This document shows, piece by piece, positions 17,830 to 27,191 of a DNA stretch of 37,028 nt. Under the pieces are notes generated by a model. That model searched no databases, was not told the origin of the DNA, and saw only the letters and a program-made list of their open reading frames with translations. This DNA is from a virus (lineage: Duplodnaviria > Heunggongvirae > Uroviricota > Caudoviricetes). Within the stretch, counting starts at the first letter, position 1. Every line of letters starts with the position of its first letter. A program made the position numbers and the translations under genes. The stretch lies in the IMG/VR virus record IMGVR_UViG_2690316076_000004, one strand, 5' to 3'.

Positions 17830-20800
17830 TTAACCAAATAATTTTGCTTCAATAGCAGCAAGACGTTCACGAAGGATTTTATTTTCTTCGCTCATTTCTT
17901 GAATTGCTTTGATTAAAAGCGCGTTCACTGCGGAGTTTGAAATTGTTAAAATCTCTTCTGGGTTATCAAGACCACCAATTTTTGCGGTTTTAACAGCTTC
18001 CGGTAATACCTCTTGTAAATCCTGTGCGATAATACCAATCTCATGACCTATAACTTCTCGGTCATTAAGAGATTTAACTTTATCGTAGGTTTTAACTTTG
18101 AGTTTATTTACCTTATCTACCGCATTTTCTTCGTAGTCTTCAACATTAATTTTCAGACGACGGTCGGAACGAATATACACATCGTTAAAGTTACCATTAC
18201 CTGGAGAATAGAAAGTGCCATCATGATGGAACTCGTAGACAGCTTGAGGATGACCAGCAGCAGGTGAGTTTTCCGCAGATCCAACACGAATAATTGCTTG
18301 TCCCCAATTGTTGGGGACACGACGCATACCAAAATCGACGGCAGTTGTATACCCTTGATTGGTTATTAAACTTCTTCCTTTGATAATCGGATAATAACAG
18401 TCCTGTGAAACATAACCATGATCGACGAATATTGGAGCTTCTAATGACCATTGGTCATTCCATGCGCCAGATTGGCTAGCAGTCCAACGTTCACCGTGAA
18501 CATAGAATCGAACGTTATTGACATGAGTCATTTCGACGCCTTTCGGACTTAGCGCGATATCCCCCGCATTTGTAATGTTTATGGCAGCATTAGTAGCATA
18601 GCTATAGAACGCTAATCCATTATCAGCGCCACCTTTACCGATATACCAGTTGTTATTATCAGCACAAGTACCCAACAAATATATAGACGAATCTCCACTT
18701 TCGGCATTCATGATGATTGCGTCAGATCCACGATTAACTTTCAGTTTCCCGAAAAATGTGTTTTTAATGGTATTATCACCCAATCGTTCAAATTCTGCGA
18801 AAAATCCTTTTGAGTCACGAAGACTTAAAACGTTATTTCGACCTGTATTGCTTGCCCCCCAATGGACGAGTTCCATATAGTCCATAGATTGACGAGAACC
18901 AGCTTTAAACAAAAGGTTGTCTTCGAGACGAGTGCTACCATCAATCCCAAGATGTAAACACCGAGCGGTCGTTGTGCCCCCTAGATCCAATCCACCCTCA
19001 GCGAAATCATAACTAAATGGTCTACGATTATTCCAATTTCCAAAAGAATCTTTTAAATCGGTAGTCAGTATATGGAAACCAGTACCATCATTTCTAAAAA
19101 TTAAGCCATAATTGCCACCTTTAACAGCCAAACGCGCATTTTCAGATAATGCAACTTCGCTATTCATTACAATTTTCTGGCCTTTACCACCAGTAATATG
19201 TAATTCACCATCTTCAATCAGGTTTATCGAGTTTTGACCGTTATCGTTCCACCAAATAAAATCTTTGGTCTGACCATCACCGAAGCCAAACCAGCCATTA
19301 CGAACATCTGTACCAGTGCGATAATCAAAGAAGTTTAAATGACATGATTCATTTGGACCACGACGAAAATCAATTGCTGAGTTTCCACCTAAACCGCCAT
19401 CAATGGTCATTCTACGAATATGCAAACCGGATGCAGCCGACAGCAATAATTGTTGGTTTACATCATCGTATCCAGTAGCAAGACGATAATTCTGATCATC
19501 TACAGTTTCATGCCAGATAGTAGCGGGTGCGGAACTACGGAAGCGACGCAACTTTTTCTTAGCATTTGTTTGTTGTTCGTTCAAATGCTCAATGTCATAT
19601 TGGCCTTGATGGTTTCCACCAAAATTTAACGTTCCACGGTTGCTAAAGTTATTGAATGATGAAATGTTAAGAGCATCAAAAATTTCATCTGCAACAGGTT
19701 TTTCACCACCCAGATATTCAGGAGTATCCAACAGGTTTAAAGAAACACCACCGGACGAAACTTGATATTCTGCTAAAACAAATCCTGTATGTGCACCGTA
19801 GTAAGCGTAAAGATCGTAATTATCGCCATCGGTAGGAATTGCGCAAAAATATTGTTCGTAATACCAAATGCTATAATAAGCATTGAATACAACACCTTTC
19901 GGGCTATTGTTGCCGCAACGGATCACCAGTTCAATAACATTGGCTTGTCCATTCTGTCCGACGTTATAACCGTTACCACCAACCAAACGAATCTTAGCGG
20001 TGCGACCGTGTTGTTGTGGCATTGTCAAAGTGCCTAGTTTAAACCAACCGCCCTCGATACCAAAATTAAGCGTCTTCTGGAACAGTCGGTCAATTTCTGC
20101 TTTCGAATATGCGCCAATTTCGGCAGGAGTAGGTTTATCACCTTCATGATACATGCGGTGAGAATATGCCAAATGACCCAATTCATCATAGCCGTATGTT
20201 CTTACCGTAGCATGTGGATTAGACCCATAAGTGAACTCAAAACCACGAGCATGATTAACACCGGATGGATGTGGAACATGCAAGATCATAGCAATATGAT
20301 CAGCTAGATCATTGGTACGGAATGCACCAAAGTAATCAAGATTACGAGCACCTGGATCATCAAAATAGTTTGCGGTCTTAGACAGCAAATAACCATCAGT
20401 ATAAGTGTTTACGTGTTTTTTGATGTACTTACCGTCACTAGATCCATCGGCTGCATCAATACGGCTTTCTAAACGTGCAAGTTCGGAATCGGTGTAAGAC
20501 TTGTTATTGTCAACTTTGCTATGAATTGCTGAATTTTTGGCTTCAACATCACGGGTTAATGCTGCGACGTTATCCGCTGCCTCTTGCTTATTGGCTGCAA
20601 TCACACCAGTAAGGTTATTGTAGGTGTCAGTTAACTGATTTTCCGCATAGGCTTTATTTGCTGCGATAGTCCGATCAGTCTCGGCCTTAATCAAATCAAC
20701 CTTGTCATTGATTGCTTTGTCATTGCTTGCGATGGTTGCATCGGTACGGGATTTAATATCATCAACTTTTTTATTGATGCGGGTGTCCAGTTCCTGTGTT

Positions 20801-21243
20801 GCTACAGCAGCCGCATTTTTATTAGCGTTGATAGTATCCGACAATTCAGCTTTAACACCAGCAAGGTCGGAAGCAGCTTTATTTTTATTGGCATCGATTG
20901 TCGCGTCGGTTTCGCGTTTAATTACATCAACTTTATTGTTAATTTCTACGTGATTTGCTGCGATGGTTGCATCAGTAGTTTGTTTAATTTCATCTACTTT
21001 AGCGTGAATATTGCGGTCATTTACTGCAATTGTACTATCCAGTTCTTGTTTGTTAGCATCAACTTTAGATTCTAGTGCCGCGTGAGTTTCAGGAGAAACA
21101 GAGATTTGAACTACTTCATGATCTCGGTCTTTGGTAAAAATAACATGGTCTTTAAGGTTGATTGCTACCTCACCGACCTGTAATTGTTCCGGCGTTGGTT
21201 TTTTGCCAGAAACATTTGTTCGTTTAAATTGGATCGACTGCAT
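17830..21243 (-). CDS. side tail fibre with C-terminal intramolecular chaperone (peptidase S74-type) domain
   Basis: C-terminal ~112 aa (SDRRLKINVEDY...AIQEMSEENKILRERLAAIEAKL) matches S74 chaperone-domain pattern, encoded at about 17833-18168; fibre-like repeats in N-terminal third; GAGGTGA RBS. Confidence 0.85.
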   Translation of the reverse strand: MQSIQFKRTNVSGKKPTPEQLQVGEVAINLKDHVIFTKDRDHEVVQISVSPETHAALESKVDANKQELDSTIAVNDRNIHAKVDEIKQTTDATIAANHVEINNKVDVIKRETDATIDANKNKAASDLAGVKAELSDTINANKNAAAVATQELDTRINKKVDDIKSRTDATIASNDKAINDKVDLIKAETDRTIAANKAYAENQLTDTYNNLTGVIAANKQEAADNVAALTRDVEAKNSAIHSKVDNNKSYTDSELARLESRIDAADGSSDGKYIKKHVNTYTDGYLLSKTANYFDDPGARNLDYFGAFRTNDLADHIAMILHVPHPSGVNHARGFEFTYGSNPHATVRTYGYDELGHLAYSHRMYHEGDKPTPAEIGAYSKAEIDRLFQKTLNFGIEGGWFKLGTLTMPQQHGRTAKIRLVGGNGYNVGQNGQANVIELVIRCGNNSPKGVVFNAYYSIWYYEQYFCAIPTDGDNYDLYAYYGAHTGFVLAEYQVSSGGVSLNLLDTPEYLGGEKPVADEIFDALNISSFNNFSNRGTLNFGGNHQGQYDIEHLNEQQTNAKKKLRRFRSSAPATIWHETVDDQNYRLATGYDDVNQQLLLSAASGLHIRRMTIDGGLGGNSAIDFRRGPNESCHLNFFDYRTGTDVRNGWFGFGDGQTKDFIWWNDNGQNSINLIEDGELHITGGKGQKIVMNSEVALSENARLAVKGGNYGLIFRNDGTGFHILTTDLKDSFGNWNNRRPFSYDFAEGGLDLGGTTTARCLHLGIDGSTRLEDNLLFKAGSRQSMDYMELVHWGASNTGRNNVLSLRDSKGFFAEFERLGDNTIKNTFFGKLKVNRGSDAIIMNAESGDSSIYLLGTCADNNNWYIGKGGADNGLAFYSYATNAAINITNAGDIALSPKGVEMTHVNNVRFYVHGERWTASQSGAWNDQWSLEAPIFVDHGYVSQDCYYPIIKGRSLITNQGYTTAVDFGMRRVPNNWGQAIIRVGSAENSPAAGHPQAVYEFHHDGTFYSPGNGNFNDVYIRSDRRLKINVEDYEENAVDKVNKLKVKTYDKVKSLNDREVIGHEIGIIAQDLQEVLPEAVKTAKIGGLDNPEEILTISNSAVNALLIKAIQEMSEENKILRERLAAIEAKLFG

Positions 21244-21254
21244 CGAATCACCTC

Positions 21255-21291
21255 ACTATAAAACAGGAATAAGGGAGGCGTTAACCTCCCG
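21255..21291 (-). terminator. putative terminator between 277-aa gene and fibre gene
   Basis: GGGAGG-N6-CCTCCC stem followed on minus strand by U-rich tract. Confidence 0.45.
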
Positions 21292-21316
21292 CGTCATGTT
21301 TTATTTAGAGAAGCAA

Positions 21317-22150
21317 TCAGTATTCCCCGAAGTCGATCCGGTCATGGATAGAAACGGCTTCAATCTCGGCTGGTGTCGGTTTTTCTTCTGTGGAATACAC
21401 TTTCACCCATCCAGAATTACCGTCTTTCTGGACTGTGCGAACTCGTAAACGTGGTGCGCCGGAAGCGGTGCAAGTTAATTGCCATCCACCATCTTCATTA
21501 GGTTGAACGTGAATTAGTGAAGTATCAGCACTAAATGGATTAGATACGCTCGATCCCTGATAAGTTACGAAACGGTTTCCGGCTAATGCTTCGCTATCAA
21601 TCGGACCTGTGAATGGATGTACACCAGCGCCCAAACCAAAATCACCTTGACGTAAGATCCGGCCTTCGGTGGCAATACCACGGTCGAGAATCCCACCATC
21701 AGGATCTAATTTAAATTCGATGGTAGTAACTTTGTTATCGCTACCACGGGTTTTGTGTGATGTGACGTATGCATCAAAAATGACGTAGTATCCTGTGTTA
21801 GCAGCACTATAGCCAGAGTTCACAACATAGAACATACGGAAGCGTAAAGGGGTTTTATCCTCTACCGCTTTCATCAACATTGCTTGATGTTCATCATCCA
21901 GAACACGGTTTACTGTGAGTGTTGTTGATTCAAGTTTACGATAGCCAGCCAACTTACCAGTAACATCATGGTTATATTCTTCTAACGTCTGGATCTCTGT
22001 GGATTCGGTGATCGTAGGGAATGCTGCGATGTTCTCGATAGGACTAAATGCAGGATCGAAAAAGTCCGGCTGGTTATCCACCATAGTAGACACGGAGACT
22101 TCAACATGCGACCCCGTGAAAATGTCTAAGTTATCTTGTGTAATATTCAT
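21317..22150 (-). CDS. hypothetical virion protein (possible fibre-associated/collar protein)
   Basis: 277 aa; shares KPTPAEI motif with the fibre; located between U-like and fibre genes; function not recognisable. Confidence 0.45.
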   Translation of the reverse strand: MNITQDNLDIFTGSHVEVSVSTMVDNQPDFFDPAFSPIENIAAFPTITESTEIQTLEEYNHDVTGKLAGYRKLESTTLTVNRVLDDEHQAMLMKAVEDKTPLRFRMFYVVNSGYSAANTGYYVIFDAYVTSHKTRGSDNKVTTIEFKLDPDGGILDRGIATEGRILRQGDFGLGAGVHPFTGPIDSEALAGNRFVTYQGSSVSNPFSADTSLIHVQPNEDGGWQLTCTASGAPRLRVRTVQKDGNSGWVKVYSTEEKPTPAEIEAVSIHDRIDFGEY

Positions 22151-22159
22151 TATTACCCC

Positions 22160-22582
22160 TTAAAAACGCGCTACATAAGAAAATTTAAGGCTAAGTGTCC
22201 CAACGATACCCCCATCACTAGAATCATCGTCATAATCGGTATTAGAGGCTACTGGAGTGATATCTGAAATAGAGAAGCCCAAATCTTTAAAACGTGGGTT
22301 ATCCGGCTGAATCTGGATTATCTGGCAAATACCCTCATGAATTTTGGTTTCATGATTCTGAGAATACAACTGCATTTCGATAACGCATTCAGCTTGCATT
22401 GCATTACCACCACGGACCCTAGTGTAAGTCTCATTCATTCCAGTAATCCAACAAACCACGTCATCACTAAAGCCTTGCTGAGTTTGTTCTACGTTTAAAG
22501 CCAGACCTAAATCTTGTTCGATAATATCCTGCAAGGCGCGTTTGATTTTCAGTCTAGGCATATTATTAACGGTAGCGAGCAT
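22160..22582 (-). CDS. tail terminator protein, lambda U-like (tentative)
   Basis: ATG at 22582 with AGGGGG RBS preferred (track start 22663 overlaps upstream gene by ~100 nt); C-terminal acidic DYDDDSSDGG stretch resembles lambda U pattern. Confidence 0.45.
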   Translation of the reverse strand: MLATVNNMPRLKIKRALQDIIEQDLGLALNVEQTQQGFSDDVVCWITGMNETYTRVRGGNAMQAECVIEMQLYSQNHETKIHEGICQIIQIQPDNPRFKDLGFSISDITPVASNTDYDDDSSDGGIVGTLSLKFSYVARF

Positions 22583-22856
22583 GTGTACCCCCTGCACGAG
22601 CAATAAAGCAATCAGAAGTATTATCACCATTGCGCTTAACGTATTGAACTTTGAAGCGTTCACCGTCTACAATGACAACATCACCCTGATTTAAGTCTCC
22701 CTCACGACAAAATAGAAATTCTGATTCTGTAATTACCCCTTGTTCGTCGGTAGTAGTAATTTCATGATAAGCACGAATTGATTTACCACCTTCCACCGAA
22801 AATACAGGAGCACTCTTAAACATTCTTGATAATTGTGATTCTGATAATTTGAACAT
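22566..22856 (-). CDS. head-tail joining protein, lambda FII-like
   Basis: QGDVVIVDGERFKVQYVKRNGDNTSDCF resembles remembered FII C-terminal pattern; first gene after capsid; AAGGGGG RBS. Confidence 0.5.
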   Translation of the reverse strand: MFKLSESQLSRMFKSAPVFSVEGGKSIRAYHEITTTDEQGVITESEFLFCREGDLNQGDVVIVDGERFKVQYVKRNGDNTSDCFIARAGGTHARYR

Positions 22857-22882
22857 AGTTACCCCCTTTATGGAGTATTTAC

Positions 22883-22913
22883 ATACAAAAAAGCCCCACC
22901 GTTAGGCAGGGCT
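22883..22913 (-). terminator. intrinsic terminator downstream of capsid gene
   Basis: minus-strand AGCCCUGCC-UAAC-GGUGGGGCU followed by UUUUUUGU. Confidence 0.65.
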
Positions 22914-23050
22914 AATTATTATTTTGCTTTAGTCTTACGTTCTTTTTTAACTGTGGCTTTCGCCGTAACCTCTTGAACTTCTTCTTCCTGAGATGGAATC
23001 AGATTTTCTTCCCCCAAATCGGGGGAAGGTTCAGAAGGTTCTACGTTAGT

Positions 23051-25054
23051 TCATTCAGAGACGTGAAGAACTTTCAGAGCTTCCGGCTGGGTAACTACAT
23101 AATCCAGATCTACCCAGATACGCGGAACGATCGCGCCCTGTGCTCTGTAGGTTGAATCGTCCAGATCTAGCTCAAGACCGCCCCATTCACCGATGGTAAT
23201 AGCGGAGAAGTCACCCAGAACGATGTGGTCTACCGGAATAACACCAGAAGTAACTACTTCGTAACCAGCCAGTTTACCGTTTTCGATGATATAACCGGAA
23301 ACGCCGTTATCTTTCAGGGTAGATTCCAGTTCAGCAGCAGTTGCACCGCTCATCGCAAACTTGATCGCCTGAGCAGGAACGCCAGCGTCGGTCAGTTTAG
23401 CGATTTCTTTCAGGAAGTCTTTGTAAGAGAAAGCAGCTTTCTTCTCAACACGGCTTGCATCAACCAGTTGTTTAATCACACCAGCCGGACCACGAGCATT
23501 ATCTTTATCAGACAGAATCAGTTGTTCCAGTTTGATGCGAACAGCCTGGTTAATGTGATCAGTGATCAGGGTAGCGATGCCCGGAACGGTTTTCAGAGAC
23601 TGACGGCTGATCGGGTTGCCACCAGCAAAAGTTTTCGGAGCCATTTTCACGTTTGCAAATTCTGCTTTACCTTCCGGTGCAGCACCGTTTTCATCAACGA
23701 AGCCGAAAGATTCAACGCTGGAAGCGGTCATTTTAGGAATAGCGGTCGGCGAAGTCAGACCAGACAGGACTTTCACACCAAGACGACCCAGAACGGATTC
23801 CGGTAACAGCATCGCTACATAGGAATCATTCAGCAGTTTTTCGTCGGTTACAGCTTCCAGAGTAGTTTTGGTGTTACCATCAGCAGCAGCACGCATAGCA
23901 GCAGTCGGAACGAATACAGAGCCACCACGAGCAGCACGACCACGCTGCATTGCAGCACCAGCAGCCATAGCAGAAAACTCGGCTTCGTTAGCACCCAGAG
24001 CAGCACCATCTACCAGAGAGCGAATTACGTTGTTCAGGTCAAAAGTTTTTTCCATTTTAGAGTCCTTAATTTGTTCGTTATTACGTTGAGCATTGGTAAT
24101 GTTATTTAGTGCCTTAGTGCGGAATGCTTCCGGCGTCATTTCTTTATTTGCCAATGCGCGTTTCAATTCTTCGTCGTCAATATTTAGTTCCCGCGCGATC
24201 TCGCGGATTTCTAATTCGTCTTCTTCGGAACGTTCAGCCACTTCCTCGATTTCTTCTTCTTCAACCGGAGCAGCTTCACGTTCTTCTTTTATTTCTTCTG
24301 TTTCCCGAACAGTTGAACTATCATCATCAACACTTTCAGGATGTTCAGCGTCTTTTCCGTCTTCGAGATTTTCATTTTCTTCATTCTCTTCAGCTTGGCG
24401 CTCTTGAGTTTCTTCAACTTCCGGTTCTTTATTTTCTTCTACCGGAGTTTCTTCAACCTGAGCGACTTCTTTTTCTTCGTCTTTAACTTGTTCGATTTGT
24501 TCTTTAGTCATATCGCGTTTAGCCTCCAAATTAACTGTGATAGTATTTAGAGAGCGATTTAAACCGACCGAATCGTCAGCAGGAACTGTCACAAATGAAA
24601 TTTCAAAGGGTGCCCACTTAGTAACAATCAATTGTCCTTTAGCGTAATCGATGTGATACTCTTTAATGTCATAGCCGACCGATATTTTTTCCATCGTACC
24701 TTCAATGACTTTATTACGAATATCATTAGCCAAAGTCCCATGCTTAGAGAATTTAACCAGAGCACGGCCTACGTTATCCGCATCGATTCGAGCGTTACAG
24801 ACAACACCAATGTGATTATCGAAATTATGATTGAACAGCAACGGAGCGTTATTATTCAGGCGAGACAGATCAACCGCTTCCGGTGTATGTACCAGAATTT
24901 CATCTAATACCACCATTTCTTGATTTTGCTCATCCCAGAATTGGCGCTGGTAAGGCTGGGTACTGGAGAAAGCAATTTCAAATTCGTATTGATCGTTATG
25001 CCCTTCGTTAATAACTCCACCGTAACCGTTAAGATCGCGGCGAAATTTAAGCAT
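23051..25054 (-). CDS. fused prohead protease - scaffold-like acidic linker - HK97-fold major capsid protein
   Basis: N-terminal ~200 aa with prohead-protease-like His/Ser motifs, central Glu-rich coiled region, C-terminal ~330 aa capsid-like; AAAGGTGA RBS. Confidence 0.8.
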   Translation of the reverse strand: MLKFRRDLNGYGGVINEGHNDQYEFEIAFSSTQPYQRQFWDEQNQEMVVLDEILVHTPEAVDLSRLNNNAPLLFNHNFDNHIGVVCNARIDADNVGRALVKFSKHGTLANDIRNKVIEGTMEKISVGYDIKEYHIDYAKGQLIVTKWAPFEISFVTVPADDSVGLNRSLNTITVNLEAKRDMTKEQIEQVKDEEKEVAQVEETPVEENKEPEVEETQERQAEENEENENLEDGKDAEHPESVDDDSSTVRETEEIKEEREAAPVEEEEIEEVAERSEEDELEIREIARELNIDDEELKRALANKEMTPEAFRTKALNNITNAQRNNEQIKDSKMEKTFDLNNVIRSLVDGAALGANEAEFSAMAAGAAMQRGRAARGGSVFVPTAAMRAAADGNTKTTLEAVTDEKLLNDSYVAMLLPESVLGRLGVKVLSGLTSPTAIPKMTASSVESFGFVDENGAAPEGKAEFANVKMAPKTFAGGNPISRQSLKTVPGIATLITDHINQAVRIKLEQLILSDKDNARGPAGVIKQLVDASRVEKKAAFSYKDFLKEIAKLTDAGVPAQAIKFAMSGATAAELESTLKDNGVSGYIIENGKLAGYEVVTSGVIPVDHIVLGDFSAITIGEWGGLELDLDDSTYRAQGAIVPRIWVDLDYVVTQPEALKVLHVSE

Positions 25055-25096
25055 TTAATCACCTTTAATTAATTGGGGGCATTGCGCCCCCGTTGG

Positions 25097-26611
25097 TTAT
25101 TGGGGATCGGTTTGAGAAGGGTTATCCTTGCTCTCACCATCAACGATAATATTTAGTGCGCTCTTTTCGGCTTGAATCTCTGAGAATACTTTTTCAGGAT
25201 CATCACCACGTTCTAATATAACGGCAGTACGTGATTTAAGTCCTTTATCAATTAAAGCAATCTCGGCGTTTACGTCTTTAATAGGATCGACGGATTCAAA
25301 ACGCGGACGAATAATAGTAGTGTTGTCGATAATATGCGGAATTGCAGTAATACGAATCGGAACAATACCACGCGCGGAATAATGGCGTAGATATGCTTCG
25401 AAAATTGGCAATACCACGGTTTCAATCAATTTGTTTTGCAGTGCTTTAACACGGTTACGCTGAGTTAATTCACCAAAACGCGCGGCTGAGTAGTTAATCT
25501 GGGAAGTGTCACCAGTCAAGCCCTGTTTAAACACGCCAAGACCCATCGCTATATGGGTGAACATGCCATCGTTGAAGCTGATAAAGTCATCACCGTTTTG
25601 CGTCGCCTGAATACTCTTGATCGTTGCCCCTTCCGGCAATTCCTGAATAGTACCAGGTGCAAAATCCTGTACTACTTCCGGCGCTTGATATTGTTCATCC
25701 TCTTCACCAGTATCAAAATCGTCACCAGAATCTTTCGGACGTTCAATAAAGCCCATAGAGCTAGCTGCAATACGTTTCTGGATGATCGCGGTTTCGCGGA
25801 ACGCTTCTTGATGAGCAATATCCTTAATCACTGGCAGGAAGTCAGTCACACCACGTAAACTTTCCGCGCACAGTGGCTGGTAGTAGTGGCACACCTGAGA
25901 AGCATCTACGCGATAATTTTCGCCAGTGTAGGTCTGAGTCAGTAGATTGATTTTTCTAAACCAGTATGCTACAGGGCGCATTGTTTCTACGTCATACTCA
26001 ATCCCTTGAAAGATCGCGCGGTCTTTGCTTATTTCACGACTAAGCGACCAGTCGCACCTATCAGCAGACAGAATAGAAACTTGTAACTCGTTGTTTTCTT
26101 TGGTTAAAACGATGAAGCATTCTCCACCCTGAACACGTTCAGATTCTGCCATTGCCAGCATTTCACGGAAGTTAAAGCGACCGTTGCGAGAGAAGCGTTT
26201 AGCACTCTGCGCCCACTTCCAGAAAGCATTCTCGATCTGCTTATTCAGTGCGGTGTCAAGTTTGCCATTTGATTTAACGATTGATGGTTTCGGATCAAGC
26301 CCCGTACCAACAACTTGGTCAACGATATACTGCTTGTATCGCTTGCCTACAGCATTGTTTATAGCCAGAGTACGACCCTGATCATAAAGGCGCTTACCGT
26401 TCGATTTGAGAGCCTTATTGAACGTTCCGGTGATAGTATCTTGTTGAAGCTGTCCATCAATTCGATCACCGACTAAGCCCAAAGAACGCTTAGACAAATC
26501 TTTCTGGAATTTTTCTACTTGTTTGTCGATAAAGATTTTTTGTTGTTGCTGGCGGTGATTAGTTTTAACTGGAGTTTCTACCGCCTTTTTGCGTCGAAAA
26601 AGATTAAACAT
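25097..26611 (-). CDS. portal protein, lambda gpB-like
   Basis: IAMGLGV...YSAARF segment resembles remembered gpB (IAAGLGVSYEQL...YSTAR); 504 aa; between W-like and capsid genes. Confidence 0.85.
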   Translation of the reverse strand: MFNLFRRKKAVETPVKTNHRQQQQKIFIDKQVEKFQKDLSKRSLGLVGDRIDGQLQQDTITGTFNKALKSNGKRLYDQGRTLAINNAVGKRYKQYIVDQVVGTGLDPKPSIVKSNGKLDTALNKQIENAFWKWAQSAKRFSRNGRFNFREMLAMAESERVQGGECFIVLTKENNELQVSILSADRCDWSLSREISKDRAIFQGIEYDVETMRPVAYWFRKINLLTQTYTGENYRVDASQVCHYYQPLCAESLRGVTDFLPVIKDIAHQEAFRETAIIQKRIAASSMGFIERPKDSGDDFDTGEEDEQYQAPEVVQDFAPGTIQELPEGATIKSIQATQNGDDFISFNDGMFTHIAMGLGVFKQGLTGDTSQINYSAARFGELTQRNRVKALQNKLIETVVLPIFEAYLRHYSARGIVPIRITAIPHIIDNTTIIRPRFESVDPIKDVNAEIALIDKGLKSRTAVILERGDDPEKVFSEIQAEKSALNIIVDGESKDNPSQTDPQ

Positions 26612-26621
26612 GATTTACCCC

Positions 26622-27119
26622 TTATCGCGTAAGACGTAATTTGATATTTTTAATCGGGCTAATTCCCTGTTTACGTCGTTCGGCTTGAATTAATTTTGAT
26701 AACTGACGTTCATAATCAGTCTTTAATTGCTGGAGAACACCTAATGACTCATAGGCGAAAGTATTCCCTTTCACTGTCATTTGAGATAATGCGGCTTCGT
26801 CCCCAGATAAACGGGCGAAAATAACTTGCTCGATTAAGGTGATAGTTTCCCGCAGATATTCTTTTTTGGATTGTTTGGCGAATACTGGTAAAACAGTTAA
26901 TTCCTGCATTGATATCAGTTCTTCTTCCAAAGTTATTACGATGGTATATTTACCTTCGGCAAAATCTAAGGTTTTAATCTCATGATTAGCCGGAGAATCA
27001 TCAACCTGATAGATGATACCTTTATTATTATTTCCTACCTGAATTGTTACACCCTCTTCATTCGCCAGCGTGACTTTTTCGCCTTTACGAATTACTAAGG
27101 GAATTAGTTCTAAACTCAT
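26622..27119 (-). CDS. head-tail joining protein (W-like) with N-terminal extension (tentative)
   Basis: position between terL and portal as for lambda W; no firm motif. Confidence 0.35.
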   Translation of the reverse strand: MSLELIPLVIRKGEKVTLANEEGVTIQVGNNNKGIIYQVDDSPANHEIKTLDFAEGKYTIVITLEEELISMQELTVLPVFAKQSKKEYLRETITLIEQVIFARLSGDEAALSQMTVKGNTFAYESLGVLQQLKTDYERQLSKLIQAERRKQGISPIKNIKLRLTR

Positions 27120-27191
27120 AATTACCCCTTATTTAATTGTTATTGGATTAACAATATTTAGGAGTAAGCCGCCCCGAAGGACGGCGAGTTA

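Noticed and set aside
23225-24550. Plus-strand ORFs antisense to the capsid gene (23225-23806, 23616-23822, 23868-24089, 24093-24407, 24124-24486, 24341-24550)
   Set aside because: Low-complexity Ser/Leu/Phe-rich mirror ORFs inside a well-supported capsid gene; no RBS; typical antisense artefacts.
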